From an uncultured Myxococcales bacterium (GTDB lineage: Bacteria > Myxococcota > UBA4151): a stretch of 49,167 nucleotides of DNA. A program made the translations under genes and the position numbers. The notes below the pieces were generated by a model. It had not been told where the DNA came from, searched no databases, and saw only the letters and a program-made list of their open reading frames with translations. Of this stretch, positions 1 to 9,666 are shown one piece after another. Each line of letters opens with the position of its first letter. Positions within the stretch are counted from its first letter, which is position 1. The stretch covers positions 1 through 49,167 of the forward strand of contig CAXGWI010000010.1 in NCBI GenBank assembly GCA_964013405.1. Reading direction: 5' to 3'.

Positions 1-2
1 AA

Positions 3-1247
3 AAATCCTGTGCGGAGAAAGACCCGAAAGCATTTGCGCGTCATCCGAGCGGGACGGGGCCTGTGGCGTTTTCACGACGCGTTGCTGATCGGGAAATTCA
101 CTTCCAACGATTTGATACAACCTTAGCCTTTGAGAAGCTGATCTTACGAGTTGTCAAAGATGAGAACACCCGAATTCTCGAAATGCTCAAAGGGCGCAGT
201 CACGTCCTTGTGACCACACCAGCACGCCCTTTGCTTGCGGTTCTTGCTCGTAAAGATGAACTCAAACTACTCAGTCAGCCGGGCTTAGGTTATTCTTATC
301 TCGGGCTCAATTTGGAAGTTCCAGCCCTTCGAAAGAAAGCGGTACGGAGAGCCTTAGCTCTCGCCATAGATCGTCCAGGAATCATCAAACACAAATATCT
401 GGGATTGGCTCGTCCAAGCGTTGGGATGATGCCGCCCCAGCACTGGGCTCACGCCAGCCATTTGGAGCCGATGGTGCCGGACCTCCGCCAGGCGGCAGCC
501 CTCCTCGCCAGCGTCGATTACCGCACCAACCCCGACCTCCTCGATGACCCCACCGGCAATGATGAGCGAAAGGTTTTGCGCTTAGAGCTCCGCTGTACCC
601 CCGAGAAAGCATCCCGGGCCCTCGCCCTTGTCTTGAAGGGTCAACTCCATCGCATCGGTGTGGAGGTCGATCTGCGCGTGAACGACTTTCCGAGCCTGTT
701 TCAACAGGTCAAAAGGCGAAATTTTCAAATGGTTCGCATGGAGTGGACCGAGGTGCGGAACCCGATGTTGCTGGAGTGGGTTTTTCACAGTGACTTTATC
801 CCGGAGGAAGCAGGGCCTCCCTGTCGCCACCACCGGGATTGCCCCGGTGCGTATGAAAGCGGCAACGAGACCAAAAGGCGATACAGTTGCACGGCGAAGG
901 TCTGTTCTATGGCGGCCGGTACCTGTGGTGAGGGCTGCAGACGGCAAGGGGCGAGCCAGTGCGAAGCCACCGAGCCTGGACTTTGCCGTCGGGCCGGCGG
1001 GAACCGGGGAAGTTACAGCCGTCCTCGCGTCGATGAGCTTATCGATCAGGCCCGCGGTCTTTCGGGGGAGGCAGAGCGCAAGCCCCTCTTTGATGAAATT
1101 CAAAGGCTCCTCGCTGAAGACCTGCCTTACATCAGCTTATGGCATGAGGACCGAGTCTGGGTGGTGAATACGGCCTGGCAGGGCATCGTGCTCAAGCCTT
1201 CCGGCAGCTTTACAGGCCTTTTGGGTGCCAAAAGGAGGGAGCCATGA
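3..1247 (+). CDS. ABC transporter peptide/nickel substrate-binding protein (SBP family 5), 5' partial, with Cys-rich insertion
   Basis: Frame is open from base 3 (HPSGTGPVAF, the P.GTGP motif). Also VRRALALAIDR, GNRGSYSRPRVDELIDQAR and EIQRLLAEDLPYISLW. Lies upstream of two Opp/Dpp permeases. Confidence 0.93.
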   Translation, partial: KSCAEKDPKAFARHPSGTGPVAFSRRVADREIHFQRFDTTLAFEKLILRVVKDENTRILEMLKGRSHVLVTTPARPLLAVLARKDELKLLSQPGLGYSYLGLNLEVPALRKKAVRRALALAIDRPGIIKHKYLGLARPSVGMMPPQHWAHASHLEPMVPDLRQAAALLASVDYRTNPDLLDDPTGNDERKVLRLELRCTPEKASRALALVLKGQLHRIGVEVDLRVNDFPSLFQQVKRRNFQMVRMEWTEVRNPMLLEWVFHSDFIPEEAGPPCRHHRDCPGAYESGNETKRRYSCTAKVCSMAAGTCGEGCRRQGASQCEATEPGLCRRAGGNRGSYSRPRVDELIDQARGLSGEAERKPLFDEIQRLLAEDLPYISLWHEDRVWVVNTAWQGIVLKPSGSFTGLLGAKRREP

Positions 1248-2194
1248 GGGTGCTGATGACCTTGATTCAGATCTTCCTACGGCGCCTCCCGGGAATTTTG
1301 GGCGTTCTGTTTGGCGCCAGCCTCCTTGTCAGTGCCACCCTTCGCCTGGTCCCCGGAGATCCCGTTGACCTCATCCTGGGCGAAGAAGCCCACGAAGTGG
1401 ACCGCCAGAAGTTAACCCGAGACCTGGGTTTGGATCGCAGCTTTCCCGTTCAATATGGGCTCTTCCTCAAGCAGTTGGTGACCGGCGAGTTACGCAGCTA
1501 CCGCAGCGACACCACCGTCTTCGAAATGATCGGCCAAGCCTTGCCGCACACGGTGATCCTGGCCCTGTTGTCCGTGGCCTTGTCGTTGAGCTTAGGAATT
1601 GGGCTGGGGATCATCGCTGCCCTCAACCGAAAGCGGGGGTTGCGGGGGCAGGTGATCGATTTCTTCGCCTTGCTCTTTGCGTACCTTGGCGTCGCCATTC
1701 CCAGGATCTGGTTGGGGCCCGTGCTGCTCTTGGTTTTTGCGGTGCAAAATGACCTGTTTCCCGTGGGCGGCGCCGATGCGGGCTGGCGGGGGCTCGTTTT
1801 ACCCGTGTTGAGCTTGGGGACAGCGATGGCTGCGATGCTGGCTCGCATGACTCGGGCTTGCCTGCTCGAGGTGCTCGGCGCCGATTATGTGCGCACGGCC
1901 CGGGCGAAGGGGTTGGCCGAGCGGGTTGTGATCGGGACCCATGCCTTACGGAATGCCCTCATCCCCGTCATCACCATCGCTGGCCTGCAGATGGGGGGCT
2001 TGCTCGCCGGCGCCGTGGTCACCGAGAAAATCTTCAATTGGCCCGGGATTGGGACCCTTCTTCTCGATTCAATCCAGAAGATGGACTTTCCCGTTGTTCA
2101 GGCTGTGGTTCTGCTGATTGCTGGTATCTACGTCATGGTGAACCTGGTCGTCGACCTGCTTTATGGCCTGACAGACCCAAGGGTGCGGCTATGA
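1244..2194 (+). CDS. Peptide ABC transporter permease (OppB/DppB family)
   Basis: LVPGDPV, DYVRTARAKGL (EAA loop), HALRNALIPVIT and EKIFNWPGIG. ATGA overlap with the SBP gene. Confidence 0.95.
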   Translation: MRVLMTLIQIFLRRLPGILGVLFGASLLVSATLRLVPGDPVDLILGEEAHEVDRQKLTRDLGLDRSFPVQYGLFLKQLVTGELRSYRSDTTVFEMIGQALPHTVILALLSVALSLSLGIGLGIIAALNRKRGLRGQVIDFFALLFAYLGVAIPRIWLGPVLLLVFAVQNDLFPVGGADAGWRGLVLPVLSLGTAMAAMLARMTRACLLEVLGADYVRTARAKGLAERVVIGTHALRNALIPVITIAGLQMGGLLAGAVVTEKIFNWPGIGTLLLDSIQKMDFPVVQAVVLLIAGIYVMVNLVVDLLYGLTDPRVRL

Positions 2195-3000
2195 AGTCCG
2201 CATTCTCCCTGCTGCGGGTCGGTATCGCCGGCACCCTTTTGGTCCTCCTCGCCGCCGTTCTCGGTCCGTGGCTCGCCCCTTATGGGCCTCAAGATATCGA
2301 CATCACCCGGGAATTGATGGCGCCGAGCCTGGCCGGTGGCCTTGGTACAGGCGTCAACGGCATCGATGTTTGGAGTTGGTTACTCCACGGTGCCCGCGTG
2401 AGCCTGCTTGTGGGATTTTCCGTGGTGGCGATCGGTCTCACCGTGGGCTTGGGCGTGGGGCTTGTCGCCGGTTACTTCGGCGGCCTCTTCGATATGGTCG
2501 TGATGCGGATCATCGATGTTCTCCTCGCGTTTCCTGGCATTTTATTGGCCATTTACATCGCTGCTATCCTGCCACCGAGTTTGGGCAATGTGATCCTCGC
2601 CCTCTCGGTGACGGGCTGGGTGGGCTATGCTCGCTTGGTCCGAGGGCAGGTGCTTACGATTCGGGAGCGGGAGTATGTCCAGGCCGCCCGAGCCCTCGGG
2701 GCTGGCCCCCTTTGGATCATTCGCAAGCATCTGCTGCCGAACATTCTGGGGCCTGTGCTGGTGCATGTTAGCTTTGGTCTGGGGGGCGCAATTCTTGGTG
2801 AGGCAGCCCTCTCCTTTCTCGGCCTCGGAGTCGCTCCGGGCACCCCCAGTTGGGGAGCACTTCTGGATGAGGGCGCTCAGTATCTTCTGGTCGCCCCTCA
2901 TCTTGCCATCGCGCCGGGCATCGCCATCGCTGTGGCCGTCCTCAGTTTTAACTGCCTTGGGGATGGCTTGCGCGATCATTTGGATAGCAGGAGCACCTGA
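2191..3000 (+). CDS. Peptide ABC transporter permease (OppC/DppC family)
   Basis: ATG at 2191 overlaps the previous stop. GARVSLLVG, MRIIDVLLAFPGILLA, EYVQAARALGA, HLLPN, EAALSFLGLG and PSWG. Confidence 0.95.
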   Translation: MKSAFSLLRVGIAGTLLVLLAAVLGPWLAPYGPQDIDITRELMAPSLAGGLGTGVNGIDVWSWLLHGARVSLLVGFSVVAIGLTVGLGVGLVAGYFGGLFDMVVMRIIDVLLAFPGILLAIYIAAILPPSLGNVILALSVTGWVGYARLVRGQVLTIREREYVQAARALGAGPLWIIRKHLLPNILGPVLVHVSFGLGGAILGEAALSFLGLGVAPGTPSWGALLDEGAQYLLVAPHLAIAPGIAIAVAVLSFNCLGDGLRDHLDSRST

Positions 3001-4079
3001 TGAAACCCACACGGATCGCCGCCCGTCTGTTGATGGCTGGCTTTGATGGACTCGAAGCGCCGGACTACATCCTGAAGCTCTTAAGCCAGGGCTTGGCGGG
3101 CACCATCCTCTTTCGGCGAAACGTGGAGGGGCTTGAGCAACTCCTGGCCTTAAACGGGCAACTCTTGAGTCGGGGCGCGGCCCTGTTGGCTGTGGATGAA
3201 GAGGGGGGACGTGTTCGGCGCTTACGGGGAATCACCACGGATTTGCCGGCCATGGAGGTGCTGGGCCAGCGGGGGCGGGAGGATCTCTGTTATCGGGCCG
3301 GCGCATTGCTTGGACGGGAGCTGGCGGCCCTGGGATTTTCCATGAACTTCGCACCCATTTTGGACGTGAATACGAACCCACAAAACCCAGTGATCGGTGA
3401 TCGGAGTTTTGCCCGCACACCCGAGGAGGTGATTCGCCTGGCTCTGCCTTTTGCTCGGGGGCTACAGCAGATGGGGGTCGCTGCCTGCGGGAAACACTTC
3501 CCCGGGCATGGTGACACCGACACAGATTCGCACCTCACCCTTCCCGTCCTGAATCATGACCTCAAACGAATGGCTTCCGTTGAGCTTGCGCCGTTTCGGG
3601 CTGCGGCGCAGAGCGATTTGGCGAGCATGATGACAGCCCATGTCTTGGTGCCAGCCTGGAATCCGGATCACCCGAGCACCCTCGACCCGAAGGCCTTGGG
3701 CATCCTTCGCCGGCAGTATGGTTACCAGGGCCTGATCATTAGTGATGACCTGGAAATGGCCGCGATTGCGGCGCGTTACGGCATGGCCGAAGCCGTCACA
3801 TTAGGGGTCGAGGCTGGCGTAGATTTGTTCCTCGTCTGTCGCCGTCGAGATCGGGTTGAGGAAGCCTTTGAGACACTGGTCCGTTTGGCCGAGTCCGGCC
3901 CCCTCGCATCGAAGGTGGCCGCGGCAAGTCGGCGGGTTGAGGCGACCATTCAGCGCTATGTCGGAAGCCCTTCGGCCCCCACCCTTGCCGGGGCCCAGGC
4001 CGTTCTCAAGCGAACCCGCTTCGACTTGGCTGACGCCCGCGATTTGGGGCTCGACCCGACTGAGTTTGATCGGGGCTAG
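3000..4079 (+). CDS. nagZ: Beta-N-acetylhexosaminidase (GH3), cytoplasmic type
   Basis: AVDEEGGRVRR, NFAPILDVN, IGDRSF, the NagZ signature KHFPGHGDTDTDSH, and SDDLEMAA. No signal peptide. Confidence 0.95.
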   Translation: MKPTRIAARLLMAGFDGLEAPDYILKLLSQGLAGTILFRRNVEGLEQLLALNGQLLSRGAALLAVDEEGGRVRRLRGITTDLPAMEVLGQRGREDLCYRAGALLGRELAALGFSMNFAPILDVNTNPQNPVIGDRSFARTPEEVIRLALPFARGLQQMGVAACGKHFPGHGDTDTDSHLTLPVLNHDLKRMASVELAPFRAAAQSDLASMMTAHVLVPAWNPDHPSTLDPKALGILRRQYGYQGLIISDDLEMAAIAARYGMAEAVTLGVEAGVDLFLVCRRRDRVEEAFETLVRLAESGPLASKVAAASRRVEATIQRYVGSPSAPTLAGAQAVLKRTRFDLADARDLGLDPTEFDRG

Positions 4080-5998
4080 TGACCCGCAGCCCTCACCTCT
4101 CGGACGGTCAGCCAGCTCTCCATGAGCATCGCCAGCATCGCCAGGACCAACAGGAAGGGCCACAGGGGTAGTCCCTGATCGGGGCCGCCGCCACTGCCAG
4201 CGAGCGCTTGGCGTTGGGCCTGGCTCATGGGTCGGCTTTCCCGCTCATCGGTTCTTAGTTCGACCCCCAGTTCGACACCCTGGGCCCGCCAGAGCCCCAT
4301 CTCGGGCGGTTGAAATCGGAGCTGGCCCCCTTCGATCGGGCTTCGAACCCGCTGCCCTTGGGGGCCGATCCAGGTGACTTCTTGTCCTCCCATCGGCCGG
4401 GTGAAGCCTTCGCCACGCCGGAGGTCAGCGTCGAGTCCACCGGCCGATTGACCTGCAAGCCACCGCAGTAAGCCGCGGAGCAAGGGGACGAAGCCCGGGC
4501 GGATGGCCAAGTCTGAAAGATCCCGATCCAGGCTCGTGCTGAGAGCGGCGATCCGTCCCCGCTCTCTTTGGGCAGTGACCAGCAGGGGCCGACCGTCACT
4601 GAGACGCCAGCGCACAACACCCCCTTCTTGTAGATTCACACCACCCCAGACCTGAGTCCTTAGGAGTCCTTGGGCTCGCTCCAATCCGAGCTCGCCAAAA
4701 AAGGCGGGGTCCTCGGGAACAGCCACGGAGATTGCGGCTTTCTTGGAGGGGCGTCCGTCCACGTCGAGCGCCATCCAGCGAGAGCGAATCGGCGCCGGCA
4801 GTAGGTCATCAAGGCTGCCGTTGAGACCCACTGGGTCCATGCGGGGACCGGCGCTCACGATCAGCCCGCCGCCCCGCTCCACAAAGGCTCGCAGTTCGGC
4901 CACAAAGGCGACGTCGAGCTGGGAACTGTCGGCCAAAAGGACGACTTGGGCCTCTTGCAAGGGAGCCTGTCGCTCCTCGCCCAGGCTGACTTCCGTCAAA
5001 TCAAAGGGGTCTCGGGTGCCAAGGGCATGGGCCGCTTGGCGCAGATAGAAGAGTTCATCTTGGTAGTCGACACTGCGGGCGTCCCCGTTGACGGCAAGAA
5101 CCCGCGTGGGGCCTTGCATGGTGAGGCCCAACTCTCGCTTGTTGTCCTCCACCCAGCGGTCTTCTTCGAGTTCGAGAGCCAGTCGGTGATGACCGGGCTC
5201 AAGGCGAAGGGTCAGCAGGGCTTCACCCAGGCCGTGGGCGGCCACTTCGAGGCGCACCGTGCTTTTGACCTGCCCGGCCTCTGACAATTGCAGCCGGCGC
5301 GGCCCCGGACTGCCATGAACCGTCACAGCCAATTCGACCATGCCGCGCGAAAGAGGCCGAACCCGCACTGCGCCAAGGCCCGCATTGTCCCTTTCATCCG
5401 CTTTGCTGACCAGGTGAGTGGCTTGACTGGCGGTGCTGGCACCCCAGCCGTCGGTGATGAGGAGGCTTTGTCCTTCGATCCCGCTGACACAGCGATCCAG
5501 GTCGACGTAGCCGAGGGGCTTCTTGTCGCCGAGGAGGGTGCGGGGTTGAAGGCCGGGAACCGGTTGCTCCTGCAGGAAGGCCTGACCCTCCACACCACAA
5601 TAGACCAGCGCCACGGGGCGACTTCGAGCTTGGGTTTCAGCGAAGTCGACGGCCAGATCAAAGAATCGTTGTCCTCGGTCGTTTTTGGCCTCCATCGAGC
5701 CACTGCCATCGATGATGAGGGTGATCGGCCCCCGGTCGGTTCGGTCCCCCTCCGGCGGCAGACCCAAGATGGGTAACAATGCGGCCAGGCAGAGCCCCGC
5801 GACAGCCAGCGTGCGACAGGCCAGCAAGAGGAGCCGGCGGAGTCGAATACGTCGACGCTCCCTTTTCATCGCCCTTTCCAGCAGAGGAAGTGGTGCAAAG
5901 GGTTGGGGGCGCGGTGGTCGGCGGGAGAGGAGGTGAATGGCCAGGGGGGCCGCAATGAGGAGGGCCAAGGGCCAGGCTGCCGCAGCGAGCCAGTTCAA
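4076..5998 (-). CDS. BatA N-terminal/vWA-like membrane protein of a MoxR operon
   Basis: N-terminal PLAIHLL...F..L.LL BatA motif, IDGSGSM MIDAS-like motif, GATase-like region LRAFVERGGGLIV, and a C-terminal TM (LWPFLLVLA..ESWL). Confidence 0.85.
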   Translation of the reverse strand: MNWLAAAAWPLALLIAAPLAIHLLSRRPPRPQPFAPLPLLERAMKRERRRIRLRRLLLLACRTLAVAGLCLAALLPILGLPPEGDRTDRGPITLIIDGSGSMEAKNDRGQRFFDLAVDFAETQARSRPVALVYCGVEGQAFLQEQPVPGLQPRTLLGDKKPLGYVDLDRCVSGIEGQSLLITDGWGASTASQATHLVSKADERDNAGLGAVRVRPLSRGMVELAVTVHGSPGPRRLQLSEAGQVKSTVRLEVAAHGLGEALLTLRLEPGHHRLALELEEDRWVEDNKRELGLTMQGPTRVLAVNGDARSVDYQDELFYLRQAAHALGTRDPFDLTEVSLGEERQAPLQEAQVVLLADSSQLDVAFVAELRAFVERGGGLIVSAGPRMDPVGLNGSLDDLLPAPIRSRWMALDVDGRPSKKAAISVAVPEDPAFFGELGLERAQGLLRTQVWGGVNLQEGGVVRWRLSDGRPLLVTAQRERGRIAALSTSLDRDLSDLAIRPGFVPLLRGLLRWLAGQSAGGLDADLRRGEGFTRPMGGQEVTWIGPQGQRVRSPIEGGQLRFQPPEMGLWRAQGVELGVELRTDERESRPMSQAQRQALAGSGGGPDQGLPLWPFLLVLAMLAMLMESWLTVREVRAAGH

Positions 5999-6873
5999 CG
6001 GAGTTGCTCCCGGGTCAGTTGCCTGAGGATGGCCACGGGCGAATCATCATTGCGGGCCAAGAGCAGGTGGGCCCCGGCCTCCGCGGCCCGGGTTCGGCAC
6101 TCGTCATCAAAGCGAGCGAGCTCCTCCAAGTAGGCAGAACGGATTGCCTGGGCGTCAACGGTGAGGGCCTCACCCCGTTCGATCGGCTCGAAACGAACCC
6201 CACCCTCAAAGTTGAAGTCCACCTCTTCGGCGGCCAGCAGTCGGACCACGGCGCAGTGCCAGCCTCGCTGCCGCAACTCACCCAAACCGCGCCAAAATTG
6301 ATCATCGGCCTCAAGGAGATCTGAGATGACGATTAACAGCCCCTTGCTCCCCATGCTGTTGCCGATTTCGCCGATGGCGCCGCTCAAGTCTGTCTGGCCG
6401 CTGGCCTCGATATTTTCGAGTTCCTCAGTCCACGCGGCCAACTCCGCAAGCCCGGCTCGCAGTCGACGCCGCCAGCGCCCATCTCCCGCGAGGAGGTGAA
6501 GGCCTGCCCCATCCCCCGTGCGCTGGGCGATGTAGGCCGCCCCTAAGCCAAGCCACCAGGCGTAGCGCAGTTTGCTGGTCGGCTCCCCGCTGGCCATGCT
6601 CCCTGAGGTGTCGACGAGGACCGCGACCTCAAGGCGCTTTTCCGGTCGGAGTTCTTGGACCATCACCGCGTCCCGTCGGGCCGTTGCCCGCCAATCGATG
6701 CGGCGGGGGGTATCGCCCAGTCGGTAGTGTCGATGCTCGATGAACTCGCCGGCACCGCCGAGGCCTCTGGCGTCGTGGAGGCCGTCGACGGCCGCCTCAA
6801 CCAGCCGTTGAACTTGAAACCGTAGGGCCCCGAGATGAGCCAGGGCCTCGATGGAGAGATCCTCTTCGCTCAA
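5995..6873 (-). CDS. DUF58 domain protein (MoxR-associated, vWA-like)
   Basis: GEFIEHRHY..GD..RRIDWRATAR, VDTSGSM and VISDLL. Confidence 0.92.
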   Translation of the reverse strand: MSEEDLSIEALAHLGALRFQVQRLVEAAVDGLHDARGLGGAGEFIEHRHYRLGDTPRRIDWRATARRDAVMVQELRPEKRLEVAVLVDTSGSMASGEPTSKLRYAWWLGLGAAYIAQRTGDGAGLHLLAGDGRWRRRLRAGLAELAAWTEELENIEASGQTDLSGAIGEIGNSMGSKGLLIVISDLLEADDQFWRGLGELRQRGWHCAVVRLLAAEEVDFNFEGGVRFEPIERGEALTVDAQAIRSAYLEELARFDDECRTRAAEAGAHLLLARNDDSPVAILRQLTREQLR

Positions 6874-7865
6874 TCGCTTTGTTCCTCGAGCAACTGGCGA
6901 GCCAAGTCCTCACCGGACAGCCCTTCTGATTCCGCTCGGAAGCTGGGGATCAAACGATGCCCTAATACCGCTGGGCCAAGGGCCCGCAGGTCGTCGCGGT
7001 CCGCAGCTGCTCGACCGTGGAGAAGGGCCCGGGCCCGGCAGGCCTGGAGTAGAAATTGACTGGCCCGGGGGCCTGCGCCCCAGCGGATCAAGTCCGAAAC
7101 CCAGTCGGGTGATTGGTCTCCAGCCCGACTGCTCCGCACCAGCGCGACAGCTTGTCGAACCAGTTGCTCGTCCACAGCGACGCTCCCGACGAGGTCCTGA
7201 TAGGAGGCGAGCTCATCGGTGGAGAGCACGGGCTCAAGAGCCTGTTCCAAGTCCCGACTTGAAAGTTGCGCGATGGCCAACTCTTCCTCAGCGCTGGGAT
7301 AGGCCACACGGATCTGCATCATGAAGCGATCCAGTTGGGCTTCCGGGAGGGGGTATGTCCCCTCCTGTTCGATGGGGTTCTGCGTGGCAAAGACGTGAAA
7401 TGGGCGGGGGAGGCTGTGATCCTGGCCTCCGACGGTGACCATTTTCTCCTGCATGGCCTGGAGCAGCGCAGATTGGGTTTTCGGTGGTGTCCGGTTGATC
7501 TCATCGGCGAGGAGCAGTTGGGCGAACACTGGCCCTTGCAGGAAGCGGAAACCCCGTTGGCCGCTCTCCCGATCCTCTTCGAGGACTTCGGAGCCAAGAA
7601 CGTCGGCGGGCATGAGATCTGGCGTAAATTGAATTCGATTAAAACTCAGCCCGAGGCTTTCGGCCACACTGCGGACGAGGAGCGTCTTTGCGAGGCCGGG
7701 GACGCCCACAAAGAGTCCATGACCACTGCCCAAAAGACAGACCAGCAATTGCTCGATGACTTGATCTTGTCCCACAACGCGCTGGCCGACGGAGTCACGG
7801 AGTCGACCCATGCTCGTTTGTAGCGCGGCGAGGCGCTCCTCATTCAATGGGGTTGTCGAGGGCAT
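6870..7865 (-). CDS. moxR: MoxR family AAA+ ATPase
   Basis: GVPGLAKT (Walker A), RIQFTPDLMPAD, LLADEINRTPPKTQSALLQAMQE and ATQNPIEQEGTYPLPEAQLDRF. Confidence 0.96.
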   Translation of the reverse strand: MPSTTPLNEERLAALQTSMGRLRDSVGQRVVGQDQVIEQLLVCLLGSGHGLFVGVPGLAKTLLVRSVAESLGLSFNRIQFTPDLMPADVLGSEVLEEDRESGQRGFRFLQGPVFAQLLLADEINRTPPKTQSALLQAMQEKMVTVGGQDHSLPRPFHVFATQNPIEQEGTYPLPEAQLDRFMMQIRVAYPSAEEELAIAQLSSRDLEQALEPVLSTDELASYQDLVGSVAVDEQLVRQAVALVRSSRAGDQSPDWVSDLIRWGAGPRASQFLLQACRARALLHGRAAADRDDLRALGPAVLGHRLIPSFRAESEGLSGEDLARQLLEEQSD

Positions 7866-9666
7866 CCTTTTCTCTCCCTAGCTTGAGTTCTTTATGTAGA
7901 CGCTGCCCTGGTTTGAGCGTGATTTTGAGGCGCTTCTTGAGACCAAGGGCTGTGTTTCGCAATTCGATTTCATGGGTTCCTGGGGTCAAGGGATAGTCCG
8001 TCAGTGGCGTTCCCCGTCCAATGGCCTGGTCATCGATGAGCACTTCGGCCCAAGGGCTTGTGACCAGCGTGAGATAAGCGGCGTCTTTTGTCGGCGTGAC
8101 CGATTCTTTTGGGCTCGCGGCCTTGGGCCGTTCCGCGCCTTCTAATCTCGCCTTCGCCCGCAGCTCCCGTTGATGCAGCGCATCATCCTGCAGCCGAATA
8201 CCCAGTTGGGCCAGGGCGTCGTGAACCTCCGGGTCAAAGGGGTTGATTCGGTTCGCTTCCTCATAGGCCTGACGGGACTCCTGCCAGCGCTCGGCCCGCA
8301 GGCCGAGCCGCCCCAGTAAGATCCACGTGCGGGGATCATCCGGTGCTTGTTTTGCGCTGCGGTTGAGGAGGTCCCGGGCCGCGTCGAAGGCCCGCGTTGC
8401 GATGAGGCAATCGGCCAGGCGGTGGACGAGTCCTGGGTAGCCAGTTCCCGCTTTGTCGACGGCCCGCTGATACTCGATCGCCGCCGCTTCGTGGTGACCC
8501 CGTCGGTACAGCATGTCTCCTAACCGAGCCCGTCGCCCGGCCGGGCCATCAGGGCGGGAAGGGTCGGTGTCGTCAGCAGAGCTTCGGTTACGCCCGAACT
8601 CAAGTGCGGACTTCCGAGCACCAGTGACCGTTTCCATTGGGCGTTTTTTTAACCATTGAGTCCACGAGCTCTCAAAGCCCTTAAGGTCGGTACCGAAGAG
8701 CTTTTCGAAGGCCGGGTCTAGCTGGCCATTGCCTTCCCGGATGCCGTCCATCAAGCCGATCACAACGCCATCACCCTTTTGTTCCAGCATGTACTCGATG
8801 GCCGTTTTGACTTCGGCAAAGGCCGTCGCTGTCGCCTCTTGGCTTGGCAACAAGGCCATGGACGGGCTCATCCGAGCAAAACTGATCAACTCGTCCTTCT
8901 GAATCGCCTTGGCAAGGAGCTCGGCAGCGTAGGGTGCGAGGGGCTCACCGTAATCACCTCGCCAACCGCTCTCATGGTATTTCGCCAGGCCTTCGTGAAG
9001 CCAGACGGGGACCGAATTGTGGCTGCGCCGGGAGATCAAGAGGTGGATCAATTCGTGACTGGCCGTGTCGAGCCAGTCATAGCCCCTCAAGGTGACCCGG
9101 GGGGTCACCAGCATCAAGCGGTCGAATTTGCACAGGGCGATGGTTCCTGAGGTCTTGATGGCCTCCAAACTTAGGGTGCTCACCTGCGCAAAGCTCTCGA
9201 GGCTGGAGTAGACCTCGACCCGAATGGGCTCCTTTACGGTCACACCGAAGCGTGGGCCATGGCGAGCAAGGGCCTCTTCGAGGGCTTCATGCAAGTAATC
9301 CGCAAGAACCTGATCGGGGCCGGGGGGCACGTGGACGGTGAAATGGCGGCCCGGGTAAGCCACGTGGTTCCGAGTTTCTTCAAAGGTCGCCTGAATCAAT
9401 GGCAACAAGGGGCTTTCCCGTTTCGCGGCTGCCCGGGCCCGACGCAAAAGGTCGAGCGCATCCTGATAGCGGCCCTGAAAGAACTTCACTCGGGCCGCAG
9501 CCTCTTGGATGGCGGGAAGATCGGGAAGGGTCGTGAGCAGTGCTTCAGCTTCAGTTGCCGCTTCGCTGGTTCGCCATTGATTGAGGAGCTGGTGCACCCG
9601 GGACTCGACCCCGGCCTGAGCCAGGGACGAGACACTGAAACACAAGAGGACGAGAAGACGCATCAT
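7840..9666 (-). CDS. Secreted TPR protein with peptidase MA-like (gluzincin) domain and C-terminal PEGA domain
   Basis: Signal peptide, HELIH plus PVWLHEGLAKY, flanking TPR-like helices, and a PEGA-like C-terminus (SPWAEVLIDD..IG.GTPL....LTPGTH). Confidence 0.85.
   Translation of the reverse strand: MMRLLVLLCFSVSSLAQAGVESRVHQLLNQWRTSEAATEAEALLTTLPDLPAIQEAAARVKFFQGRYQDALDLLRRARAAAKRESPLLPLIQATFEETRNHVAYPGRHFTVHVPPGPDQVLADYLHEALEEALARHGPRFGVTVKEPIRVEVYSSLESFAQVSTLSLEAIKTSGTIALCKFDRLMLVTPRVTLRGYDWLDTASHELIHLLISRRSHNSVPVWLHEGLAKYHESGWRGDYGEPLAPYAAELLAKAIQKDELISFARMSPSMALLPSQEATATAFAEVKTAIEYMLEQKGDGVVIGLMDGIREGNGQLDPAFEKLFGTDLKGFESSWTQWLKKRPMETVTGARKSALEFGRNRSSADDTDPSRPDGPAGRRARLGDMLYRRGHHEAAAIEYQRAVDKAGTGYPGLVHRLADCLIATRAFDAARDLLNRSAKQAPDDPRTWILLGRLGLRAERWQESRQAYEEANRINPFDPEVHDALAQLGIRLQDDALHQRELRAKARLEGAERPKAASPKESVTPTKDAAYLTLVTSPWAEVLIDDQAIGRGTPLTDYPLTPGTHEIELRNTALGLKKRLKITLKPGQRLHKELKLGREKDALDNPIE

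Noticed and set aside
1858..2190. N-terminal extension of the second permease ORF
   Set aside because: It overlaps the first permease out of frame. The real start is ATG 2191.
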